Positions 24,101-35,991 of a DNA stretch of 64,000 nucleotides are shown here, in pieces (within the stretch, counting starts at the first letter, position 1; every line of letters starts with the position of its first letter). The notes under the pieces were generated by a model. The model was not told where the DNA came from. It made no database searches and saw only the letters and a program-made list of their open reading frames with translations. Source of the stretch: Saccostrea echinata (Eukaryota). Position numbers and translations under genes: made by a program. The stretch is taken from assembly GCF_033153115.1 (NCBI RefSeq), contig NW_026889772.1, forward strand, positions 1,426,001 to 1,490,000, read 5' to 3'.

Positions 24101-27100
24101 AGGAAAATATTCTATGTAAATACACAATAACATAAATAGTTCTCGGCGAGATATAATTAAGTGTAAAAAAGGTCACCAAACTAAGCTCTTAGTTCTCGTA
24201 AGCAAAACGTTGGTTTACAGCAATCAAATTTAGCACAGGTGCAGTTGGCACAATTGCAGGTGGGATGTTTTAAATGCTATTATGAACTACATTTACATAT
24301 AAATCTACCATAATATGAATTCGGCTAAATTATGCACACATAAGATATCAATGTTAAGTTAACTCATTCTGAATGACATTCGATTTAAGGTTTACCATCC
24401 CTCTACTCGATCATATGAATTCTTTAATTTCCTTAACGCTATGATGATCCAAAAGAAATCTTATTTACAACTAAAATGCACACAATTTCAACATACCTTT
24501 GCAAAATTTGACAAAATGACTTGTAAATTTGACAGTTTTATCAAGAAATAATAGTAATTATGCCTGTTAGAGTTATCTCTCTTTTCAGAGTAACAATAAA
24601 CCTTAAGGCACACTTTAATTATGATTGGCAGAGGAGTTAAAAATAAAAACCTGTATGTGTAAAAATTTTGTCCCTTTGTGACTTTTGCAGTGTAGCACCC
24701 ATTGGCCTTTTCTTTGTTGATGTTAGAGGTCAACTGATGCCAGTAGCGATACAACTCTTTCAACAGAAGGGACCTGATAACCCTGTAAGGTCTTATCCTC
24801 ATGTGCTAACCACTGATGTTTTTAATTGGCCAAAGGGGTTATTGGAACAACTATAAAAGTTAAGCACTAAATTAAGCCATTGATTTTCAGGTATTTTTGC
24901 CTAGTGATCCCCCATATACCTGGTCGATGGCCAAAATGTGGTTTAATGTGGGGGACTCAAATCTTCATCAAACCATTGCTCATCTAGGTAAAGCTATTTT
25001 GTTTTTTTCCCATGTTATAAAGATTTTTTTACATCGAAAAGATATCCCGTATTAAATACTTTGTAATTATTCATTTTGTCATTGATTTAACTGCTTTGCA
25101 TTAAATCATTAAATAAGGCGTTCATAATCTAAATTTTTAAAAGCAATAATTATTGGAGACAAGATCATAATTACCACTATTCATTAGAATATATGTTGAT
25201 TGATTTTACAGAACAAAAATCGTTGTAATTGGTTCTTGTTATAGTCAAATACAGTTGTATTTTTTCCGATCAAAATAAACAAGCTCACTGCGTACCAACT
25301 AACGTTTGCGTGAATGTTCATCAACACATCTATAAATGTGTATCAATATTCGGTTTACTTTAAGGTTGTACACACCTAATTTTGGAGAGTGAATGTGTAG
25401 CAGCCAATAGATGTCTATCTCCTTCACATCCCATGTTTAAACTGTTGGCTCCTCATCTTCTCTACATTATTGCAGTCAATGAGTAGGTATTTTTCATTCT
25501 TTTTTATGACAATGAATTTTGTATGTGGGTATTACTTGTACATACTGATTTCCATATAAATGTAAGAGATCCAAATCCTTCTGTAGACTATAAACAAAGA
25601 ACGAGGGATCTTTAGATTTGGATTCGGCAGGAGTCTGGGCCCAGTCGAAAAGTGAACATTTCAATGATGCGACATTTGATATATTAGCATTCTATTTATG
25701 AATAGGGTTCTTGTGATATAGGAAGGAAAATATTTTCCCGATATTGTATTTTTATTTGTTAAAATATGCCATGAATTATGGCTAGATGCGTCATTTGGTA
25801 TAAAATGTTACATTTTACACATGTTTTTATATAAATTAGCTATCTCTGGGTCATCGCTTTTTGATTTTAAAACGTGATTTTTGTGCATTTTAACTCAAAG
25901 AAAAGAGCAAACATTTATAATAAAGAAAATGGATAGAAGACGCAGAGACCATTAATTTTTTTTTTTTTTAATCACATTGTGTAAATGTTTCGCTTCATAG
26001 TTGCATTCGCTTCATAGTTGCTTTAAAACACGCGTAGTCGCCCGCATGGCACAGTGGTTAGAGCGTTCGCTCTAGAGTTGCGGAGTAAGGACTTGATCGC
26101 GGGTTCGAATCCCACTGTGGAGACCGGTCTTTCGGATGAGACCGTGTAAACCGAGGTCCCGTGTCGCAGTAGGTGCTGGCAGTAGGTGCTGGCACGAAAA
26201 AGATCCCTCACTGCTCAATGGCCCTGAGTGCCGAGTATAGGTCAAAATTTGTAGCTCTCCACCGGCAAATGTTGGCGTCTCCATATGAGTGAAAAATCTC
26301 GTGAGGGACGTCAAACAATATACAAACAAACAATAAAACACGCGTACAGTATGTAGCGACGATAGCGCAGCGATATGTTACCTGACCATGACGTTGAGGA
26401 GTTGAAAAAATTTGGTTCGATCCTTGCGTGGGGCGTTTATTTATTTTTAAAAAAGCAAACAGTCTAAAGTCATTTTGACTCTATTTTTTGATTTGAAATA
26501 AAATTGAATTTGATTCTGTTTCATCGAGATCAAAAAAATTCTTCCGATCCACTGAAGTTTTAATACATTTAAATACATTTGTTATTTACTATACCCTATT
26601 TTACCCTATTATTTGTTAACTGTTTATTTAATCATGTGAAATGTAACACATGTTATTGTAACTGTTAAGATAAGCAACATATATTAATTCTTTTTGACAA
26701 GGTATTCTAATGTAATGTAATATTTTTCTATATGTCCAGCTTTAGTAAAGGCTGTCCAGGTGTGATCAGCTGACCATATCGTCTGTTTGACTTGGGCATT
26801 TAACCTAAGAATGATTCGTACTTATGATTTCTGCAGATTACACGCCAAAGACGCCCATCTTCTTTAATCTGCAATTAAAAAGGATTGCGAATCGCTTTTC
26901 ATCCTTTTTTTAGGTCACCTGAGCCGAAGGCTCAAGAGAGCTTTTCTGATCAAACTTTGTCCGTTGTCTGTCGTCGTCCTTCTAAACTTTTCACAATTTC
27001 GACTTCTTCTCAAAACCCACTACGTCAATTTCAACCAAACGTGCCACAAAGCATCCTTCGGCGAAGGGGATTTAAATTGTTCACAGGAAGTGTCAGGCCC

Positions 27101-30100
27101 TCTTTCAAGGGAAGATGATTAAGAATTCGTGAAAATTTGGTGGCATCTTTTAAAAATTTTCTTCTCAAGAACCACTGGACAAGAAAAGATGAAACGTATG
27201 TGAAAACTTCATTACATAGTTTAGATTCAAATTTGTTCATATTATAACCCCGAGGGTAGGGCAGGGCCACAATTTTAAGAGGGGTAGAAGTTTTACATAG
27301 GAATATATAGAAAATGTCTAAAAATTTTCTTCTTGAGAACAGGAAAGCCATGATTAGTCATATTATTATAGAAGTATCTAAGGTAGAGTAGATTCAAGTT
27401 TGTTCCAATCATGTCCCCCGGGGGGTAGGACAGGGCCACAACAGGAAGTCAAAGTTTACCATAGGAATATATAGGAAATATCATTAAAAATCTTCTTCTC
27501 AAGAACAGCTTAGCCAATATTTTCATATTTATATGGAAGCACCCTCAGGCAGTGTAGATTAAGTTTGTTCAAATAATGACCCCTGGTGATAGAGCACAGG
27601 GGTCCAAAGTTTTACATAGGAATATAAAGGAAATATCTTTAAAAATTTTCTTTCTTCTCAGGAAAAGTTAATCCACAAATATTCATATTAATATAGAAGT
27701 ATCCTCATGTAATGTAGATTCATATTTGTTTAAATCATGACCAACGGGGGTAGGGCGGACCCACAACAGGGATCACGTTTTTACATAGGAATATATAGGA
27801 AATATCTTTAAAAATCTTCTGAGGAAAAATTTAGCTATCTTAGTCATATTTATGCAGAAGCAACCTTTGGTATTGTAGAATCAAGTTTGTTCAAATTATG
27901 ACCCCAGGAGTTGGGGAGCACAACAGAGGTTCAAAGTTTAACATACGAATATGTAGGAATCATCTTGAAAAAATCTTCTGCTCAAGAACAGCAAAGTCAT
28001 GATTAGTCATATAATTATATAGAAACACCCTTAGGTAGTGTAGATTCAAATTTAGGGTGGGTAGGGCCGGACCACAATGAGATCAGAGTTTTACATAGAG
28101 ATACATAGGAAAAACTTTCTGAAATTCTCTTGCTCAAGAACAGCAAAGACATGACTAATAATATCGTTATGGAAGCATCCTGAAGTAGTGGAAATTTATG
28201 TTTGTATCCCCCGCCGTAAACTTTTCAATACTGTACTGATTTCTGCTTTTGCTTAGCCAATGTACTCAAGTGAGCGATGTGGCCCATTGGCTTCTTGTTT
28301 TTTGTTTTTTTGTTTTGTTTTTTTTTTAATTATTAATTTTTTAGCCACATATAATTTAGAGATGGTTCATATATCCAGAGCTAAATCGATTTTGTTTTTC
28401 CATTTTCAAAAATGTTAAATGAAATTTGATCATGAAATTTTAAAAATTTCCAGCGGCGGTCTTGAAGTACTTCTAGAGCCTGAAGGAATATTCAATACAT
28501 TGACAGTGATCGGAAGCAAGGGTAGTGCGGAGCTCATTGCCAAAGGGTGAATATAATAGGGGTTTATTTTTTTACCTTTCATTAGTATTTGCAGTACAAA
28601 TATTATACAGTTATAGTCCTTGTATGCGAATTAGATGTTTGAGTTTCTGATTGACAATATATATGTAGTATTTTGGAGACCAGATCTTCCAACAATCTGT
28701 CGGAATTTCCATGGGCAACAATTGCGCCCCGGTATCACCTATTTTTATATTCATATGAAGCAGAATTTATTTGAAGAAGAAAACACATGCTGTGACCTTC
28801 AACTCGACATTTTTATTATCAATTATTATAATAATCATTTTTATCAATTAACAATAGTTACTTCCATTCATATGTCGAATCCATATATCCCAGTGAGCTT
28901 GAAATGAAAGACACCACAGAGTCTGACACACCTTTTTTATTTTGTATAATTTACTAGAAAAAAAACAACAATGCTTTATGATTTTTTTTCCAACTTCAAT
29001 TGTCAGCTTACCTTGCTAATGTAGCAATATTCTCTTATCAGCTGCATATGGAGTTTATTTTTCTCAATTGATTTGATATGCAAGAGCATGCACTGCGTAC
29101 GAACAATTTCTAACACGAGGTAACCTATTGAAAAAAATGTTGATGAAACATGAATATCAACACTCTCGTTTTAAGTCACCATTTCGCAATTTCTATGGTC
29201 GATACAGTGACTTTGTCAGCAAATACAATATATAATTAACTCAAATGCTCATTGATGCTTTTCATACTAATTGTTAGATCATTATTTACACATAGAATTG
29301 TGTACGAATTTTCCGTTTTTCCCGATCACGACAAGGAGAACACGGCGGGGGTTACCGGTCGGCAGGGGATGTTCACTTCTCCATGGCACCTATCCCACCT
29401 CTGATGTTATAGAGGTCCGCGTTTGCTCTGCTCCTGATATGTATTGTTTGAATTGACTTATGAGCTTGAATACTGTTCGTTATCTCCGTATTTCATCTAT
29501 CGACTTTACAGAGAAGCATATCGACTGAGCACAAAACAAACCAATCAGGTTTATTGAATTAAACATTAAAAATAATGTAATGCACTATTAGAAATCAGGT
29601 AGCATCGGTCTCCTTGTTCCCTGACTGTTTCTAGTTTTTTTTACATTCGTCATGTTTATTTTAAGTTTTACTTTTCATTTCACTTCCAGAACAAGTTCCT
29701 GGAGAATGGATGTAGAAGGAACATATCCAGAATTTTTGAAACACAGAGGGGTTTGTAACGTCACAATTCCTTCTTCATTTTAAAAGACATATGAGTGTTT
29801 TAAAGCTTACTTTGGTGAGATAAATCTTATAGCTATATATTTATTTTGCTAAGTGCTTTTATCGAGCAAAATATGTGCTTTTACCTCAGGTGTTGTGATT
29901 TCACCCAATAAACCGATTTATTTTTTCAACTGTAAGTCAAACTTTAATTTACACTCCCGGTCAATATCTTTTTTTATCATTATGGCATGGGTCCGTTTAT
30001 CCATTCGTTAGTTTTTCATGTCTAAGTGATATTTTTCACACTGTCAGACCTGAGACAATAAAACATTAATTGTCTGTTGACGCATATTGGTAAAAAGAAT

Positions 30101-33100
30101 GTGTTGCGAACCCAAAAGTAGGTCATGATGACATCAATTTGGAGTTCAGTTCCTAGAAAAATCATGCTTGCACTCTGTGAGACCAAAGGCATCAAACCTT
30201 GACAGTTGATGCATCGGTTCGTATGAGGTACTGGACTCTCAAAACCTAAAATACCTTGAGGAAAGGGGTGTTATGAACCAGAAAAAGGTCACCGTGGCTC
30301 CTTTTGGAATTTTTTTTTTGGTTTTATGTTAATTGAGAACTTCGGGTATGTTACGGTAAATGTATACCGATGTAATATGTTATTCGTATGACAGGGTCAC
30401 AACTTATGTCGTCGCTAATGTACCATATAGTTCCATACGATCGCATAGTGTAGCCCAGCGTTGCACTTTTTGTCGAAATCCCTTGCTTTAAAAATATATA
30501 TTTTTTTAAATTAACTTATTGTAAAATCGTTGAGTTTGTTAGCAAATACAATCTGTTAATAGGTCAAATGTTGACTAGCATTTTTTAACTTTGTAAGGCC
30601 CTTATTTTCGTACCACGGACTACTCGTTTTACCGATCGTTTTACCGATAAAGGCCTGACGAAGTTGAGTTGACTGGGGATGCTTACCCCTGTATGGCACC
30701 TAATCCTATTCTTTTTTTTCGAATTCATGGTCCTTTATTGCTCTGCTTTCAATTTATGTTGTGTAATTTGAGCATGATTGATGTTCGTTGTCTTAACATA
30801 ATGATATGCCAACTCCCCTATTTTTTTTTACAATAAAAATTCTCAGACAATCGCAAATACACTTTTATAAATGAAGATGAAAGCTGGCGAAGGAGCACAT
30901 ATCATAATACTGCTGCCTCTGTTATAGTCTGTTTGGATTAAGGTATAATTTTATGTAGATCATTTAATCTTGATATGATCATTATAAACTTTCTTTGTGA
31001 GATATTTGGGTATAAAAATAACTATGTTTACACCCAAGATTTACTTATATTAGGCATTTTAGAAATCTGGAGGGTATTCTAGAATTAAGGTTTTAAAATC
31101 CTTGAGTGTTGAGAAAGTTAAAAAGTTAAATAGTTAAAAATAAAATCGAAAAATAAAGGATCAAATCTTGGAAGAAAGTTAACTCTAATACCTGAAGAAA
31201 CGAAAAAAAATCCATTCTGTGAAATATAAAGCGTAAAATTATATTTTAAGGTTAAAATTTATGAATACTCGATATTGATTAGCGCAGCACTGGTAAAATT
31301 TTTGATATTTTGAGAAACAAATTGAGAAAGAGAATACTTTGAAATCACCCAGACCTTCCTTGACAAGTCTCCCACATGACATCACGGATTTGTCCGTGTA
31401 ATTATATATTGCCCTTAGGTATAAATATTTGTATTTTTGTAGTAGGACTACGAAAAATCTAGTAAAATCATTCCTGTTCCTTTTTTATACTTTTGATTTT
31501 TTTTTTTTTTCTTATTCTTTATTCCTTGTTACATACTGTGAAATATTACATATACAAATATTGATAAGTATGTTTTGGTTACAACTTTCTGCAAATAGGG
31601 GTATCGAAGGGGCTGAATCTAAGCAATTGATACTTTTGTTATAAATCCCAGGGTCAAAAGTCGCTAAATTGAGGGGTTTAATCTTTCATTTAGAATGAAA
31701 AATGATATTTACATGTTGCGTTAGACAGAAAGTCGCTGAATGCAGGTATCTTGGGGGGTGGGGGGGGGGGATGGGGGGTTAACGGTTGCATATGACTGGA
31801 AGATGCTAAAGTAATAAAAGTGGTTTGCATTTTAATCACTATTCACAGCTATATTGCAAGGATGGAAAAATTCTGCAAACGTTTTACCAGCGTGACGATA
31901 GTCTAGATTTGTATGAAGCCATTCACAGCTACGTCAGCAATTACGTCACTCTCTATTACGGTGGGTATCTATATCACTCTCTATTACGGTGGGTATCTAT
32001 ATCACTCTCTATTACGGTGGGTATCTACGTCACTCTCTGTTATGGTGGGTATCTACGTCACTCTCTATTGCGGTGGGTATCTACGTCACTCTCTATTACG
32101 GTGGGTATCTACGTCACTCTCTATTACGGTTGGTATTACGTCACTTTCTATTATGGTGGGTATCTAGTTGTCTTTGATTTATTGATTGTTATTTCCATGA
32201 AATAAATTAAAACTTCTTAGAAATCAAATAAGATAATTTATTTTGTAATTATTTTTTTTTTAAATTCTTTATTGACACAGACACTAATGATAAAATTATC
32301 GAGGACGATGAAATTCAAAAGTTTGGACGTGAATTGTCAATCCCAAAGTCTGAAGGAGGTTGCGGAATTTTGGTATGCTACATGCATTTCTTTTCTTTTA
32401 AGATTTTTTTTTCTGAAAGATTTATTGACCATTATATCAAGGGGATTGAACTCAATTTACAAACATTAGTTGAGTTCTTTTCATTTTAATTTATGGATGG
32501 TCAATACAATGACCTTGTCATCAAATACAATCTATCATTAAGTCATATGCTGACTGACGTTTTTCATACTAATTGTTAGGCCATTATTTACACACTGAAT
32601 TGTCGACAGATTTTTCCGTTATTACTCGATCATGACAAGGAGCACAGGGCGGGTGTGACAGGTCGGCAGGGGATGCTCTCTCTTCCATGGCACCTGATCC
32701 CAGCTCTGTTTTGGAAGTCCATGTTTGCTCTGCTCCCGATTTGTATTGTTTTAATGGACTTTGAGCTTGAATACTGTTCTTTATCTACAAATTTCATGAA
32801 TCCTTTTCCGTGGATTGATGTAGGTTGTTGATGCGGACATTCTGTCATGTCGGGGGCGGACGACGTTATGAAAAGCGTATACTTGCTAATTAAGATTGTT
32901 AATTCATTATTATGGATGCATTTGCAAAATCCATAATATTATATTCAAAGTTAAATAGAATCAGGATTTCCCAGTACATATATATCAAGTTGCCATCAGT
33001 TTGAATATCTCTCTATTCGTGTATCAGAAAAAAAGAATGGTCATAATAAAATATCATAATAAAAATATCAGAAACAATTTACTAGGCAATTAGAATTATA

Positions 33101-35924
33101 TCATTAATAATTCTGTTTTTAAATTTTTTTTTTCAATTTTTATTCACACCCATATATCCTTTAAAAAGTGACATCCATTATTCTTTAATTGCCATTAGGG
33201 TGTTCCTCTCAAAGACGGGAAGTTCAGTTCAACCGACCAGGTGGCGCTCGCCTTCACTTCCGTTATTTTTACCAGTAGTGTTGTACATGCCGCTATCAAT
33301 TTTCCTCAGTATGATACGTACGGATTCCCCCCTAACTATCCGACCAAACTCAAGGGAAAGCCTCCCATAGATAAGGTAAGTATTGCATTAATAAAAAATA
33401 AAGTATCATTTTTATATATCTATACACTTGTAAATACTACTTGGACACATGTTCAAATCCCACAAAATATAAAAGCTCATTTATGAGCTTAAACTCATTT
33501 TTTTGCTGGCTTTGCTCTCTGAAACCTCTTTGTTTTAGGTTAAATTGTTTAAACATGTCAAGTAATTAGTGATATCACTGTATAATGGTGTCCATTGTGA
33601 CTACAACTAAACAAATGCAGCATAATATAGTATTATAAGAATGTTATAATCTACAGTTTGTATTTTTTTATTAGTCTTCGGAGACTAGGTCTTCCAACAA
33701 ACTTTTGGAAATCCAATGGGCACTAATTGCGCTCCTTTATTAGCTGGCCTGTTTTTGTATTCCTATGAAGCAGAATTTATTAAAAGACTTCTTGAAAAGA
33801 AGAAAACGCTGTGGTCTTCAATCTTCAATTCGACATTCAGATATATCGACGACGTTTTATCAATTAACAATATTCTTTTTAATTCCTACGTTGATTCGAG
33901 CTATCCCCTTGAACTCGAAATAAAAGAACCACAAACATGCCACATCTGTTTCATATGTGGTTATTTTACTGACTTAAGATGATACGGGCCAAGTAACAAT
34001 AAAGTTGTATAACAAGCAATATAACTTCAGCTTTTCCATCGTCAACTTTCCCTATTTATGTAGCACTATTCCGCTATCACCTGCATATGATGTGTAGTTG
34101 ACCTATTCTCAAGAGCAAGATCTGAGTAAGATCAATTTTTAAATTGAGGCAGGCTACTGGCAGAGAAATTGATGTTATAGGAATTTCAACAACCTCTATT
34201 TAAGTCAGCATTTCGTAAATTCTATGGTCTTTATAATGACCTTGTCAACAAATACCTATGATATAGTCGTATATTGGCTGACGTGTTTCATACCAATTGT
34301 TTTTTTGACATTTTTTTTTTACTAAATTTGACTACGGAATGTTCCGTTTACCCGATCAAAGTAAATGGCCCATCACCGGTGTTATCGGTCAACAGGAGAT
34401 GATAACTTCTCTTAGGCAACTGATCCCACCTTTGGAATTTCCGGGGATCCGTGTTTTATGGCCTGCTCACAGATTTGTATTGTTTGTAGAATTTTGGCGA
34501 TCCCTTTGGAGTACCCTTTTGACTATTGTTAAATGACAAGAAATAAAAGTATCGAAGAAGTGTCTGTCTAGTTAATCTATAAAATCCATGCACCAGTCGT
34601 TGTTTTTAAAGACTTTCGCAGATATCATCATAAAAAATGTTATTAAAAAAATTAGAACTGGGTTGAAAAATTGAAGAAAACTATTAATATATGATCCGTC
34701 TAACGCAGTTCCATAATGAGGAAGTGTAATCTATGTTACAAGGGGTACTGATTTTTACTTTTTAGAGGCCCTTGAAGGAAGAGGACGTCGTTAAGGCCCT
34801 AGTTGACAAGTCTACGGCACTGGAAGTCTTGATTTTTGTATCAATTTTGAGTGAAAGAGTCACCAACGCTCTAGGAGACTTTGAAGTGGACTATATATAT
34901 GATCCACCAGCAGTAGAAATCGTAAAGGAGTAAGAAATCTGTTACTTAGTCAATGGGAATAATGTTTAAAAACTTTTTTACATGAAAACTGTAATGATTA
35001 TTCAAAACCTAAACGACTTGAAGGTAGCCAATTTCTTAAGCGGAATCTCACAGTTTTAACTGGTCTGGTATGAACTAATGTTTGTTGATTCAATACTTAG
35101 GAGCAAATAAGATTTAAAACGAGGCAGGCTATTGACAAATAATTACATAAATGATAAAAGAATATCAACATTCTCGTTTAAGTCAGCATTCCGCAACTTC
35201 TATGGTCTATAAAATGACCTTATTTTATGTAAAACGTGTTTTTAGGTCGAATGACAGGTCATTCAAACAATTGTTATGCCATCATTTTTACACTGAATAG
35301 TGAACGGATTTTTCCGTTTACCAAATCATGACAATGGACAAACGGTCGACTGAGGATGCTATATCCTCCATGACACCAGATCCCAACCGAAAGACGCTGA
35401 TAGACGACTAACGACCAATGACTGTTCGAAAGTTTCCAAAAGAGAGACGATTAAATAGGGAAAAATAACTCATAGCTGTTGGTTCCTTTTGTTTCTAGAA
35501 ATTTTCAACTAGGTGGTAATACGACTTCATATCTAATACAAAAATATATTTGTTCCCAGAATGAATTTTATAATAAAAGTAAATTTACTACAAAATATCA
35601 AACTTGTCTTAGAATTTCAAAGCTAGGTTCAAACCTGTGTGTAAAATTTATAGAAAGTTAATCTGTCTTCTTAACGTATCTTAATAATAAACAATTAGTA
35701 AATGGTGAAATGTTCTGGTCTCGATTAAATGTAGAAAACTCTTTTTTTTTCAATTTCAGACAAATTTTGAATGTCGATTAAACGCAGAAAACGCTTTTTT
35801 ATTTTTCAGATTCAGACAAAATTTGAAAAACATCAGTTCAAAGATCCGTGATAGAAATAAGAAGTTGGTTAGAAAGTATGACTATCTTCTGCCAGAGGAA
35901 ATCCCAAATTCCACCAGCATTTGA
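17726..35924 (+). CDS. LOX-A: polyunsaturated fatty acid (arachidonate-type) lipoxygenase, 15 exons, ~663 aa if intact; apparent frameshift at exon 6 (possible pseudogene or null allele)
   Basis: PLAT domain ([24 protein letters not shown]), [24 protein letters not shown], iron ligands [12 protein letters not shown] and HAAIN, and C-terminal PNSTSI*. All junctions are GT-AG and phase-consistent except exon 5 to exon 6. Confidence 0.92.
18310..18354 (+). CDS. LOX-A exon 2 ([15 protein letters not shown])
   Basis: TAG|...AAG|GTAGGT; conserved in the paralog. Confidence 0.88.
18767..18895 (+). CDS. LOX-A exon 3
   Basis: CAG|TTT...AAG|GTAAGA; WQTLDDL motif. Confidence 0.9.
19370..20440 (+). mobile_element. 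Penelope-like (Naiad-type) RT 3' fragment in LOX-A intron 3
   Basis: Decayed [33 protein letters not shown] and YGRYND motifs, followed by the conserved 3' tail. Confidence 0.8.
20480..20930 (+). mobile_element. Naiad-type PLE 3' fragment, second subfamily
   Basis: [22 protein letters not shown] plus tail gggctcacggcgggtgtgac. Confidence 0.75.
21515..21612 (+). CDS. LOX-A exon 4 ([17 protein letters not shown])
   Basis: Canonical LOX motif; GT-AG. Confidence 0.92.
21791..21923 (+). CDS. LOX-A exon 5
   Basis: [12 protein letters not shown]...KRLFLTDL; donor GTT|GTAAGT. Confidence 0.9.
21872..22105 (+). repeat. Degenerate ~60-70-bp tandem repeat of the exon 5 3' end and donor
   Basis: actgatctagaaa..ctgaatgggatttc repeated ~4 times; second gaaggctatgtt|gtaagt at ~21992. 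Confidence 0.8.
22120..23820 (+). mobile_element. Cluster of Naiad-type PLE fragments in LOX-A intron 5
   Basis: RT motifs ([21 protein letters not shown]) and two 3' tails (~22370, ~23680). Confidence 0.75.
24691..24784 (+). CDS. LOX-A exon 6 (94 nt versus 96 nt in the paralog)
   Basis: [27 protein letters not shown]; 2 nt short at its 5' end. Confidence 0.85.
24891..24987 (+). CDS. LOX-A exon 7 ([17 protein letters not shown]...HQTIAHL)
   Basis: Contains the first iron-ligand His; GT-AG. Confidence 0.92.
25365..25482 (+). CDS. LOX-A exon 8 (GCTHLILE...[10 protein letters not shown])
   Basis: Contains the second iron-ligand His and the HP.FKLL.PH motif. Confidence 0.92.
26037..26333 (+). 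mobile_element. tRNA-derived SINE with a Deu/Nin-like central domain
   Basis: A box TGGCACAGTGGTTAGAGC, B box GGTTCGAATCCC, core TCGGATGAGAC..AAACCGAGGTCCC..AAAGATCCC, (CAAA)n tail, 13-bp TSD TAAAACACGCGTA. The site is empty in LOX-B. Confidence 0.85.
26908..28298 (+). mobile_element. Non-autonomous Helitron/Helentron carrying a ~160-bp satellite array
   Basis: 5' TAGGTCACCTGAGCCGAAGGCTCAAGAGAGC hairpin, GTC/GTCC microsatellite, ~7 monomers (ttttacataggaatata..aaaaatcttcttctcaag), 3' CAAGTGAGCGATGTGGCCCATTGGC end in a T-run. Confidence 0.8.
28454..28546 (+). CDS. LOX-A exon 9 ([14 protein letters not shown]...)
   Basis: Phase-consistent 93-nt exon with a paralog match at 59143. Confidence 0.88.
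28634..29497 (+). mobile_element. Naiad-type PLE fragment in LOX-A intron 9 (shared with LOX-B)
   Basis: [29 protein letters not shown] and 3' tail; same flanks at 59320-60100. Confidence 0.75.
29690..29750 (+). CDS. LOX-A exon 10 ([17 protein letters not shown])
   Basis: 61 nt, phase-consistent, paralog match. Confidence 0.88.
30520..30800 (+). mobile_element. Highly decayed Naiad-type 3' tail
   Basis: ggggatgcttacccct..ggcacctaatcc. Confidence 0.5.
31849..31960 (+). CDS. LOX-A exon 11 ([14 protein letters not shown]...LYY)
   Basis: RDD motif; donor G|GTGGGT. Confidence 0.9.
31942..32164 (+). repeat. 28-bp minisatellite (8 copies) spanning the LOX-A exon 11 donor
   Basis: Unit TACGTCACTCTCTATTACG|GTGGGTATC. 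Confidence 0.95.
32281..32372 (+). CDS. LOX-A exon 12 ([14 protein letters not shown])
   Basis: D.EIQ motif; GT-AG. Confidence 0.9.
32499..32795 (+). mobile_element. 5'-truncated Naiad-type PLE in LOX-A intron 12
   Basis: [12 protein letters not shown] plus tail; the site is empty in LOX-B (~63385). Confidence 0.8.
33199..33375 (+). CDS. LOX-A exon 13 ([24 protein letters not shown])
   Basis: Third His and Asn iron ligands. Confidence 0.93.
33672..34500 (+). mobile_element. Naiad-type PLE fragment in LOX-A intron 13
   Basis: [37 protein letters not shown]. Confidence 0.85.
34766..34929 (+). CDS. LOX-A exon 14
   Basis: [21 protein letters not shown]; phase-consistent. Confidence 0.88.
35085..35390 (+). 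mobile_element. Decayed Naiad-type 3' fragment in LOX-A intron 14
   Basis: cgaggcaggctattgacaaa..cgtttaagtcagcatt..tail remnant. Confidence 0.6.
35810..35924 (+). CDS. LOX-A exon 15 (FRQNL...[15 protein letters not shown])
   Basis: C-terminal Ile iron ligand followed by TGA. Confidence 0.93.
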
Positions 35925-35991
35925 TTCTCTTTGGTGTTTTTAAGTTTTCTATTTACATACTCTTCATATGATATAAATATTGTTAAATTTT

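Noticed and set aside
31942-32164. CRISPR array
   Set aside because: Head-to-tail repeats with no unique spacers, in a eukaryotic context.
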